From the human T2T-CHM13v2.0 reference genome, Homo sapiens, in NCBI RefSeq assembly GCF_009914755.1, contig NC_060933.1: a stretch of DNA of 64,000 bases; one strand, given 5' to 3'. The notes beneath the pieces are model-generated. The model was not told the DNA's origin and did not search any database. It saw nothing but the letters and a program-made list of their open reading frames with translations. Shown here one piece after another: positions 43,701 to 56,750 of the stretch (its first letter is position 1; each line of letters starts with the position of its first letter). The translations under genes were made by a program, and so were the position numbers.

Positions 43701-44760
43701 GAATGGAATGGAACGAATTGTAATGGAATGGAATTGAATGGAATGGAATGGAATGGAATGGAATCAACGCGAGTGCAGGGGAATGTAATGGAACGGAATG
43801 CAATGGAATGGAATCATCCGGAATGGAATGGAATAGAATGGAATGGAATGGAATGGAATGGAATGGAATCAACCCGAGTGCAATTGAATGGAGTGGAATG
43901 GAATGGAATGGAACAACCCCAATGGAATGGAATGTAATGGAGAGTAAGGGAGTTGAATAGAATCAATCCGAATGTAATGGAATGGAATGCAACGGAACGG
44001 AATGGAATGGAATGCAATGGAATGCAATGGAATGGAATCAACCCGAGTACAATGGAATGGAATGGAATGGAATGGAATGGAATGGAATAGAATGGAATGG
44101 AATGGAATGATACGGAATAGAATGGAATGGAACGAAATGGAATGTAATGGAATGGAATGGAATGGAATGGAATGGAATCTTTCCGAGTGGAATAGGAGGG
44201 AATGTATTCGAGTGGAATGGAAAGGAATGGAATCAACCAGAGTGGAATGGAAGGGAATGGAATGGAATGGAATGCAATGCAATAGAATGGAATCAACCCG
44301 AGTGCAATCGAATGGAATCAAATGGAATGGAATGCAATGGAATGGATTCAACTTGAATGGAAAGGAAAGAATGGAATCAACACGAGTGGAATGGCATGGA
44401 TTGGAATGGAATGGAATGGAATCAACCCGAGTACAGGGGAATGGAATGGAATGGAATGCAATGGAATGGAATCATCAGTAATGGAATGGAAAGGAATGGA
44501 AAGGACTGGAATGGAATGGAATGGAATGGAATGGAATGGAATCAACTCGATTGCAATCGAATGTAATGGAATGGAATTAACCCGAATAGAATGGAATGGA
44601 ATGGAATGGAACGGAACGGAATGGAATGGAATGGAACGGAAAGGAATGGAATGGAATGGAATGGAACGGAATGGAATGGAATGGATTCAACGCGAGTGCA
44701 GGGGAATGGAATGGAATCGAATGGAATGGAAAGGAATGGAATGGAATCAACCCGAGTGCA
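37720..44760 (+). repeat. Older ~3 kb direct duplication (~37720-40697 and ~41840-44760) separated by a ~1.15 kb spacer
   Basis: Shared private variants GAAAGATACGG, GAATACGAGGG, TCAACCGAGTGC (1-bp deletion), CAACCTGAGTACAGGGGAG, AATGCACTGG and CAACCCCAATGG; the offset shrinks from ~4115 to ~4063. Confidence 0.88.
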
Positions 44761-47700
44761 GGGGAACGTAATGGAACTGAATGCAATGGAATGGAATCAT
44801 CCGGAATGGAATGGAATGGAATGGAATGGAATGGAATCAACTCGATTGCAATCGAATGGAATGGAATGGAATTAACCCGAATAGAATGGAATGGAATGGA
44901 ATGGAACGGAACGGAATGGAATGGAATGGAATGGAATGGAATGGAACGGAAAGGAAGGGAATGGAATGGAATAGAATGGAATGGAATGGAATCAACGCGA
45001 GTGCAGGGGAATGGAATGGAATGGAATGCAATGGAATGGAATCTTCCGGAATGGAATGGAATGGAATGGAATGGAATCAACCCGAGTGCAATGGAATGGA
45101 GTGGAATGGAATGGAATGGAATGGAACAACCCGAATTGAATGGAATATAATGGAGAGTAAGGGAGTTGAATAGAATCAATTCGAATGTAATGGAATGGAA
45201 TGGAACGGAATGGATTTGAATGGAATGGAATGGAATGCAATGGAATGGAATCAACCCGAGTGCAATGGAATGGAGAGGAATGGAATGGAATAGAATGGAA
45301 ACTACCCGAATGGAATGGAATGTAATGGAGTGTAAAGGAATTGAATAGAATCAATCCGAATGTAATGGAATGGAATGGAACGGAATGGAATGGAATGGAA
45401 TGGAATGCAATGGAATGGAATCAACCCGAGTGCAATCGAATGGAATCGAATGGAATGGAATGCAATGGAATGGATTCAACTTGAATGGAATGGAAAGAAT
45501 GGAATCAACACGAGTGGAATGGCATGGATTCGAATGGAATGGAATGGAATCAACCCGAGTACAGGGGAATGGAATGGAATGGAATGCAATCGAATGGAAT
45601 CATCCGTAATGGAATGGAAAGGAATGGAATGGAATGGAATGGAATGGAATGGAATGGAATGGAATGGAATCAGCTCGATTGCAATCGAATGGAATGGAAT
45701 GGAATTAACCCGAATAGAATGGAATGGAATGGAATGGAATGGAACGGAATGGAATGGAATGGAATGCAATGGAACGGAACGGAATGGAATGGAATGGAAT
45801 GGAATGGAATGGAATCAGCGCGAGTGCAGGGGAATGGAATGGAATGGAATGCAATGGAATGGAATCTTCCGGAATGGAATGGAATGGAATGGAATGGAAT
45901 GAAATGCAATGGATTCAACTCGATTGCAATGGAATGGAATAGAATGGAATGGAATGGAATGGAAAGGAATTAATTCGAATAGAATGGAATGGAATGGAAT
46001 GGAACGGAATGGAACGGAATGGAATGGAATGGAATGGAATGGTATGGAATGGAATGGAATGGTACGGAATAGAATGGAATGGAACGAATTGTAATGGAAT
46101 GGAATTGAATTGAATTGAATGGAATCAACGCGAGTGCAGGGGAATGTAATGGAACGGAATGCAATGGAATGGAATCATCCGGAATGGAATGGAATGGAAT
46201 GGAATGGAATGGAATCAACCCGAGTGCAATGGAATGGAGTGGAATGGAATGGAATGGAACAACCCGAATGGAATGGAATGTAATGGAGAGTAAGGGAGTT
46301 GAATAGAATCAATCCGAATGTAATGGAATGGAATGCAACGGAATGGAATGGAATGGAATGGAATTAACCCGAATACAATGGAATGGAATGGAATGGAATG
46401 GAATGGAGTGGAATGGAATGGAATCAACCCGAGTGGAGGGGAATGGAATGGAATGGAATGCAATGGAATGGAATCATCCGGAATGGAATGGAATGGAATG
46501 GAATGGAATGCAAAGCAATGGAATCAACTCGATTGCAATGGAATGCAATGGAATTTAAAGGAATACATTGGAATCAACCCGAGTGGAATGGAATGGAAAG
46601 GACTGGAATGGAGTGGAATGGAATGGAATGGAATGGAATGGAATCAACTCGATTGGAATGGAATGGAATGGAATTAACCCGAATAGAATGGAATGGAATG
46701 GAATGGAACGGAACGGAACGGAATGGAATGGAATGGAATGGAATGGAATGGAATGGAATCAACCCGACTGCAGGGGAATGGAATGGAATGGAATGCAATG
46801 GAATGGATTCATCTTGAATGGAATGGAAAGAATGGAATCAACACGAGTGGAATGGCATGGATTGGAATGGAATGGAATGGAATCAACCCGAGTACAGGGG
46901 AATGGAATGGAATGGAATGCAATGGAATGGAATCATCCGTAATGGAATGGAAAGGAATGGAAAGGAATGGAATGGAATGGAATGGAATGGAATGGAATGG
47001 AATCAACTCGATTGCAATCGAATGGAATGGAATGGAATTAACCCGAATAGAATGGAATGGAGTGGAATGGAATGGAACGGAATGGAATGGAATGGAATGG
47101 AATGGAATGGAATGGAATGGAACGGAAAGGAATGGAATGGAATGGAATGGAATGGAATGGAATGGAATCAACGCGAGTGCAGGGGAATGGAATGGAATGG
47201 AATGCAATGGAATGGAATCTTCCGGAATGGAATGGAATGGAATGGAATGGAATGGAATGGAATGGAATAAACCCGAGTGCAATGGAATGGAGTGGAATGG
47301 AATGGAATGGAATGGAACAACCCGAACGGAATGGAATGTAATGGAGAGGAAGGGAGTTGAATAGAATCAATCCGAATGTAATGGAATGGAATGGAACGGA
47401 ACGGAATTGAATGGAATGGAATGGAATGCAATGGAATGGAATCAACCCGAGTGCAATGAAATGGAGAGGAATGGAATGGAATGGAATGGAAACTACCCGA
47501 ATGGAATGGAATGTAATGGAGTGTAAGGGAATTGAATAGAATCAATCCGAATGTAATGGAATGGAATGGAATGGAATGGAATGGAATGGAATGGAATGCA
47601 ATGGAATGGAATCAACCCGAGTGCAATCGAATGGAATCGAATGGAATGGAATGCAATGGAATGGATTCAACTTGAATGGAATGGAAAGAATGGAATCAAC

Positions 47701-49514
47701 ACGAGTGGAAGGGCATGGATTGGAATGCAATGGAATGGAATCAACCCGAGTACAGGGGAATGGAATGGAATGGAATGCAATGGAATGGAATCATCCGTAA
47801 TGGAATGGAAAGGAATGGAATGGAATGTAATGGAATGGAATGGAATGGAATGGAATCAACACGATTGCAATCGAATGGAATGGAATGGAATTAACCCGAA
47901 CAGAATGGAATGGAATGGAATGGAACGGAACGGAATGAAATGGAATGGAATGGAATGGAATGGAACGGAACGGAATGGAATGGAATGGAATGGAATGGAA
48001 TCAAAGCGAGTGCAGGGGTATGGAATGGAATGGAATGTAATGGAATGGAATCTTCCGGAATGGAATGTAATGGAATGGAATGGAATGAAAGGCAATGGAT
48101 TCAACTCGATTGCAATGGAATGGAATAGAATGGAATGGAATGGAATGGAATGGAATGCAATTGAATGGAATGGAATGCCTTCAAACCGAATGGAATGGAA
48201 AGGAATGGAATCAACACGAGTGGAAAAGAATGGAATGGAAAGGACTGGAATGGAATGGAATGGAATGGAATGGAATGGAATGGAATCAACTCGATTGTAA
48301 TGGAATAGAATGGAATGGAATGGAATGGAATGGAATTAACACGAATAAAATTGAATGGAATGGAATGGAACGGAATGGAGTGGAATGGAATGGAATCAAC
48401 CCGAGTGCAGGGGAATGGAATGGAATGGAATGCAATGGAATGGAATCATCCGGAATGGAATGGAATGGAATGGAATGCAAAGCAGTGGAATCAACTCGAT
48501 TGCAATGGAATGGAATGGAATTGAAAGGAATAGAATGGAATCAACCCGAGTGTAATGGAATGGAAAGGACTGGAATGGAGTGGAATGGAATGGAATGGAA
48601 TGGAATGGAATCAACTCGATTGGAATGGAATGGAATGGAATGGAATGGAATGGAATGGAATTAACCCGAATAGAATGGAATGGAATGGAATGGAACGGAA
48701 TGGAATGGAATGGAATGGAATGGAATGGAATGGAATCAACCCGACTGCAGGGGAATGGAATGGAATGGAATGGAATGGAATGGAATCATCCGCAACGGAG
48801 TGGAATGGAATGGAATGGAATCAACTCGATTGCAATGGAATGGAATGGAATGGAATGGAATGGAATGGAATGGAATGGAATGGAATTGAATGGAATGGAA
48901 TTCACCCGAATAGAATGGAATGGAATGGAATGGAAAGGAATGGAAGGGAAGGAAATGGAATGTAATCAACCCGAGTGCAGGGGAATGGAATGGAACGGAA
49001 TGCAATGGAATGGAATCATCCGGAATGGAATGGAATGGAATGGAATGGAATGGAATGGAATGGTATCAACCCGAGTGCAGGGGAATGTAATGGAACGGAA
49101 TGCAATGGAATGGTATCATCCGGAATGGAATGGAATGGAATGGAATGGAATGGAATGGAATCAACCCGAGTGCAATGGAATGGAGTGGAATGGAATGGAA
49201 TGGAATGGAACAACCCGAATGGAATGGAATGTAATGGAGAGTAAGGGAGTTGAATAGAATCAATCCGAATGTAATGGAATGGAATGCAACGGAATGGAAT
49301 GGAATGGAATGCAATGGAATGGAATGGAATGGAATGCAAAGGAATGGAATCAACCCGAGTGGAATGGAATGGAATGGATTGCAATGGATTGGAATGGAAT
49401 GGAATCAACTCGAGTGGAAAGGAATGGAATGGAATGGAAAGGAATGGAATGAAGTCAACTCGAGTGGAATGGAATGGAATGGAATGGATTGGAATGGATT
49501 GCAATGGAATGAAA

Positions 49515-51830
49515 TGGAATGGAATGGAATGGAATCAATCATTCCGAGTGGAATGGAAGGGAATGTAATGGAGTGGAAAGAAGGGAATGGAATCAACCCG
49601 AGTGGAATGCAAGGCAATGGAATGGAATGGAAAGGAATGGAATGGAATCAACTCGATTGCAATGGAATGGAATGGAATGGAATGGAATTAACCGGAATAG
49701 AATGGAATGGAATGGAATGGAACGGAATGGAACGGAATGGAATGGAATGGAATGGAATGGAATGCCATGGAATTGAATCAACCCGAGTACAATGGAATGG
49801 AATGGAATGGAATGGAATGGAATGGAATGGAATGGAATCGTTCTGAGTGGAATAGGAGGGAATGTATTCGAGTGGAATGGAAAGGAATGGAAAAAACCTG
49901 AGTGGAATGGAAGGGAATGGAATGGAATGGAAACTAATAGAATGGAATCAACCCGAGAGGAATGGAATGGAAAGGACTGGAATGGAATGGAATGGAATGG
50001 AATTAACTCGATTGTAATGGAATGGAATGGAATGGAATGGAATGGAATTAACCGGAATAGAATGGAATGGAATGGAATGGAACGGAATGGAATGGAATGG
50101 AAGGGAATGGAATCAACACGAGTGCAGGGGAATGGAATGGAATGGAATGCAATGGAATGGAATCATCCGGAATGGAATGGAATGGAATGGAATAAACTCC
50201 ATTGCAATGAAATGGAATGGAATGGAATGGAATAGAATGGAATGGAATTAACCCGAATAGAAAGGAATGCAATAGAATGGAATGCAACGGAACCTAATGG
50301 AGTGGAATGGAATGGAATGGAATCAACCCGAGTACAGGGGAATGGAAAGGAATGGAAAGCAATGGAATGGAGTCATCTGTAATGGAATGGAAAGGAATGG
50401 AATGGAAAGGAATGGAATGGAATGGAATGGAATCAACTCGATTGCAATCGAATGGAATGGAATGGAATTAACCTGAATAGAATGGAATGGAATGGAATGG
50501 AACGGAACGGAATGGAATGGAATGGAATGGAATGGAACGGAACGGAATGGAATGGAATGGAATGGAATCAACGCGAGTGCAGGGGAATGGAATGGAATGG
50601 AATGCAATGGAATGGAATCTTCCGGAATGGAATGGAATGGAATGGAATGGAATGAAATACAATGGATTCAACTCGATTGCAATGGAATGGAATAGAATGG
50701 AATGGAATGGAATTGAATGGAATTAAGTCGAGTAGAATGGAATGGAATGGAATGGAACGGAATGGAACGGAATGGAATGGAATGGAATGGAATGGTATGG
50801 AATGGAATGGAATGGTACGGAATAGAATGGAATGGAACGAATTGTAATGGAATGGAATTGAATGGAATGGAATGGAATGGAATGGAATCAACGCGAGTGC
50901 AGGGGAATGTAATGGAACAGAATGCAATGGAATGGAATCATCCGGAATGGAATGGAATGGAATGGAATGGAATGGAATCAACCAGAGTGCAATGGAATGG
51001 AGTGGAATGGAATGGAATGGAATGGAACAACCCGAATGGAATGGAATGTAATGGAGAGTAAGGGAGTTGAATAGAATCAATCCGAATGTAATGGAATGGA
51101 ATGCAAAGGAATGGAATGGAATGGAATGGAATGGAATGCAATGGAATTGAATCAACCCGAGTACAATGGAATGGAATGGAATGGAATGGAATGGAATGGA
51201 ATGCAATGGAATGGAATGATACGGAATAGAATGGAATGGAACGAAATGGAGTGGAATGGAATGGAATGGAATGGAATCAATCATTCCGAGTGGAATGGAA
51301 GGGAATGTAATGGAGTGGAAAGAAGGGAATGGAATCAACCCGAGTGGAATGCAAGGCAATGGAATGGAATGGAAAGGAATGCAATGGAATCAACTCGATT
51401 GCAATGGAATGGAAAGGAATGGAATGGAATGGAATGGAATGGAATGGAATTAACCGGAATAGAATGGAATGGAATGGAATGGAACGGAATGGAACGGAAT
51501 GGAATGGAATGGAATGGAATGGAATGCAATGGAATTGAATCAACCCGAGTACAATGGAATGGAATGGAATGGAATGGAATGGAATGGAATGGAATGGAAT
51601 GGAATCGTTCTGAGTGGAATAGGAGGGAATGTATTCGAGTGGAATGGAAAGGAATGGAAAAAACCTGAGTGGAATGGAAGGGAATGGAATAGAATGGAAA
51701 CTAATAGAATGGAATCAACCCGAGAGGAATGGAATGGAAAGGACTGGAATGGAATGGAATGGAATGGAATTAACTCGATTGTAATGGAATGGAATGGAAT
51801 GGAATGGAATGGAATGGAATGGAATTAACC
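49515..51830 (+). repeat. ~0.55 kb duplicated block (~49515-50050 and ~51255-51830), offset 1742-1762
   Basis: TCAATCATTCCGAG at 49535/51277; GAAAGAAGGG, GCAAGGCAAT, CGTTCTGAG and GAAAAAACCTGAG were seen only in these two blocks. Confidence 0.88.
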
Positions 51831-54800
51831 CGAATACAATGCAATGGAATGGAATGGAACGGAATGGTGTGGAATCGAATGGAATCAACCCGAGTGCAGG
51901 GGAATGGAATGGAATGGAATGCAATGGAATGGAATCATCCGGAATGGAATGGAATGGAATGGAATGAAAAGCAATGGAATCAACTCGATTGCAATGGAAT
52001 GGAATGGAATGGAAAGGAATACATTGGAATCAACCCGAGTGGAATGGAATGGAAAGGAGTGGAATGGAGTGGAATGGAATGGAATGGAATCAACTCGATT
52101 GGAATGGAATGGAATGGAATGGAATGGAATGGAATGGAATGGAATTAATCCGAATAGAATGGAATGGAATGGAATGGAATGGAATGGAATGGAATGGAAT
52201 GGAATGGAATCAACCCGAGTGCAATGGAATGGAGTGGAATGGAATGGAATGGAATGGAACAACTCGAATGGAATGGAATGTAATGGAGAGTAAGGGAGTT
52301 GAATAGAATCAATCCGAATGTAATGGAATGGAATGGAACGGAATGGAATTGAATGGAATGGAATGGAATGCAATGGAATGGAATCAACCCGAGTGCAATG
52401 GAATGGAGAGGAATGGAATGGAATGGAATGGAAACTACCCGAATGGAATGGAATGTAATAGAGTGCAAAGGAATTGAATACACTCAATCCGAATGTAATG
52501 GAATGGAATGGAACGGAATGGAATGGAATGGAATGGAATGCAATGGAATGGAATCAACCCGAGTGCAATCGAATGGAATCGAATGGAATGGAATGCAATG
52601 GAATGGATTCAACTTGAATGGAATTGAAAGAATGGAATCAACACGAGTGGAATGGCATGGTTTGGAATGGAATGGAATGGAATCAACCCGAGTACAGGGG
52701 AATGGATTGGAATGAAATGCAATGGAATGGAATCATCCGTAATGGAATGGAAAGGAATGGAATGGAATGGAATGGAATGGAATGGAATGGAATGGAATTA
52801 ACCCGAATAGAATGGAATGGAATGGAACGGAACGGAATGGAATGGAATGGAATGGAATGGAACGGAACGGAACGGAACGGAATGGAATGGAATGGAATGG
52901 AATGGAATGGAATGGAATCAACGCGAGTGCAGGGGAATGGAATGGAATGGAATGCAATGGAATGGAATCTTCCGGAATGGAATGGAATGGAATGGAATGC
53001 AATGAAATGCAATGGATTCAACTCGATTGCAATGGAATGGAATAGAATGGAATGGAATGGAATGGAATTAATTCGAATAGAATGGAATGGAATGGAATGG
53101 AACGGAATGGAACGGAATGGAACGGAATGGAATGGAATGGAATGGAATGGAATGGAATTAACCCGAATAGAATGGAATGGAATGGAATGGAACGGAACGG
53201 AATGGAATGGAATGGAATGGAATGGAATGGAATGGAATGGAATCAACCCGACTGCAGGGTAATGGAATGGAATGGAATGCATTGGAATGGATTCAACTTG
53301 AATGGAATGGAAAGAATGGAATCAACACGAGTGGAATGGCATGGATCGGAATGGAATGGAATGGAATCAAACCGAGTACAGGGGAATGGAATGGAATGGA
53401 ATGCAATGGAATGGAATCATCCGTAATGGAATGGAAAGGAATGGAATGGAACGGAATAGAATGGAATGGAATCAACTCGATTGCAATCGAATGGAATGGA
53501 ATGGAATTAACCCGAATAGAATGGAATGGAATGCAATGGAACGGAACGGAACGGAATGGAATGCATTGGAAAGGAATGGAATGGAATGGAACGGAAAGGA
53601 ATGGAATGGAATGGAATGGAATGGAATGGAATGGAATCAACGCGAGTGCAGGGGAATGGAATGGAATGGAATGCAATGGAATGGAATCTTCCGGAATGGA
53701 ATGGAATGGAATGGAATGGAATCAACCCGAGTGCAATGGAATGGAGTGGAATGGAATGGAATGTAATGGAACAACCCGAATGGAATGGAATGTAATGGAG
53801 AGTAAAGGAGTTGAATAGAATCAATCCGAATGTAATGGAATGGAATGGAACGGAATGGAATTGAATGGAATGGAATGGAATGCAATGGAATGGAATCAAC
53901 CCGAGTGCAATGGAATGGAGAGGAATGGAATGGAATGGAATGGAAACTACCCGAATGGAATGGAATGTAATGGAGTGTAACGGAATTGAATAGAATCAAT
54001 CCGAATGTAATGGAATGGAATGGAATGGAATGGAATGGAATGGAATGCAATGCAATGGAATGGAATCAACCCGAGTGCAATCGAATGGAATCGAATGGAA
54101 TGGAATGCAATGGAATGGATTCAACTTGAATGGAATGGAAAGAATGGAATCAACACGAGTGGAATGGCATGGATTGGAATGGAATGGAATGGAATCAACC
54201 CGAGTACAGGGGAATGGTATGGAATGGAATGCAATTGAATGGAATCATCCGTAATGGAACGGAAAGGAATGGAATGGAATGGAATGGAATGGAATGGAAT
54301 GGAATGGAATCAACTCGATTGCAATCGAATGGAATGGAATGGAATTAAGCCGAATAGAATGGAATTGAATGGAATGGAACGGAACGGAACGGAACGGAAT
54401 GGATGGAATGGAATGGAATGGAATGGAATGGAATCAACGCGAGTGTAGGGGAATGGAGTGGAATGGAATGCAATGGAATGGAATCTTCCGGAATGGAATG
54501 GAATAGAATGAAATGCAATGGATTCAACTCGATTGCAATAGAATGGAATAGAATGGAATGGAATTGAATGGAATGGAATTAATCCGAATAGAATGGAGTG
54601 CAATGGAATGGAACGGAATGGAACGGAATGGAATGGAATGGAATGGAATGGAATGGAATGGAATGGTATGGAATGGAATGGAATGGTACGGAATAGAATG
54701 GAATGGAACGAATTGTAATGTAATGGAATTGAATGGAATGGAATGGAATGGAATGGAATCAACGCGAGTGCCGGGGAATGTAATGGAACGGAATGCAAGG

Positions 54801-56750
54801 GAATGGAATCATCCGGAATGGAATGGAATGGAATGGAATGGAATGGAATGGAATGGAATGGAATCAACCCGAGTGCAATGGAATGGAGTGGAATGGAATG
54901 GAATGCAATGGAACAACCCGAATGGAATGGAATGTAATGGAGGGTAAGGGAGTTGAATAGAATCAATCCGAATGTAATGGAATGGAATGCAACGGAATGG
55001 AATGGAATGGAATGGAATGCAATGCAATGGAATTGAATCAACCCGAATACAATGGAATGGAATGGAATGGAATGGAATGGAATGGAATGGAATGGAAAGG
55101 AATGATACGGAATAGAATGGAATGGAACGAAATGGAATGGAATGGAATGGAATGGAATGGAATGGAATCGTTCCGAGTGGAATAGGAGAGAATGTATTCG
55201 AGTGGAATGGAAAGGAATGGTATCAACCAGAGTGGAATGGAAGGGAATGGAATGGAGTGGAAACTAACAGAATGGAATCAACCCGAGTGGAATGGTATGG
55301 AAAGGACTGGAATGGAATGGAATGGAATGGAATCAACTCGATTGTAATGGAATGGAATGGAATGGAATGGAATGGAATGGAATCAACCCGACTGCAGGGG
55401 AATGGAATGGAATGGAATGCAATGGAATGGAATCTTCCGGAATGGAATGGAATGGAATGGAATGGAATGGAATGGAATGGAATGGAATCAACCCGAGTGC
55501 AATGGAATGGAGTTGAATGGAATGGAATGGAATGGAACAACCCGAATGGAATGGAATGTAATGGAGAGTAAGGGAGTTGAACAGAATCAATCCGAATGTA
55601 ATGGAATGGAATGGAACGGAATGGAATTGAATGTAATGGAATGGAATGCAATGGAATGGAATCAACCCGAGTGCAATGGAATGGAGAGGAATGGAATGGA
55701 ATGGAATGGAAACTACCCGAATGGAATGGAATGTAATGGAGTGTAAGGGAATTGAATACAATCAATCCGAATGTACTGGAATGGAATGGAACGGAATGGA
55801 ATGGAATGGAATGGAATGGAATGCAATGCAATGGAATGGAATCAACCCGAGTGCAATCGAATGGAATCGAATGGAATGGAATGCAATGGAATGGATTCAA
55901 CTTGAATGGAATGGAAAGAATGGAATCAACACGAGTGGAATGGCATGGATTGGAATGGAATGGAATGGAATCAACCCGAGTACAGGGGAATGGTATGGAA
56001 TGGAATGCAATGGAATGGAATCATCCGTAATGGAATGGAAAGGAATGGAATGGAATGGAATGGAATGGAATCAACCCGAGTGCAGGGGAATGTAATGGAA
56101 CGGAATGCAATGGAATGGAGTCATCCGGAATGGAATGGAAGGGAATGGAATGGAATCAACCCGAGTGCAATGGAATGGAGTGGAATGGAATGGAATGGAA
56201 TGGAACAACCCGAATGGAATCGAATGTAATGGAGAGTAAGGGAGTTGAAAAGAATCAATCCGAATGTAATGGAATGGAATGGAACGGAATGGAATGGAAT
56301 GGAATGGAATGGAATGGAATGCAATGGAGTGGAATCATCCCGAATACAATGGAATGGAATGGAATGGAATGGAATGGAATGGAATGGAATGGAATGAAAT
56401 GGAATGGAATGGAATGGAATGGAATTGAATGGAATGGAATGGCTTCAAACCGAATGGAATGGAAAGGAATGGAATCAACACGAGTGGAATGGAATGGAAT
56501 GGAATGGAATGGTACGGAATAGAATGGAATGGAACGAAATGGAATGGTATGGAATGGAATGGAATGGAATGGAATGGAATGGAATGGAATGGAATGGAAT
56601 CGTTCCGAGTGGAATAGGAGGGAATGTATTCGAGTGGAATGGAAAGGAATGGAATCAACCAGAGTGGAATGGAAGGGAATGGAATGAAATGGAAACTAAT
56701 AGAATGGAATCAACCCGAGTGGAAAGGGATGGAAAGGAATGGAATGGAGT

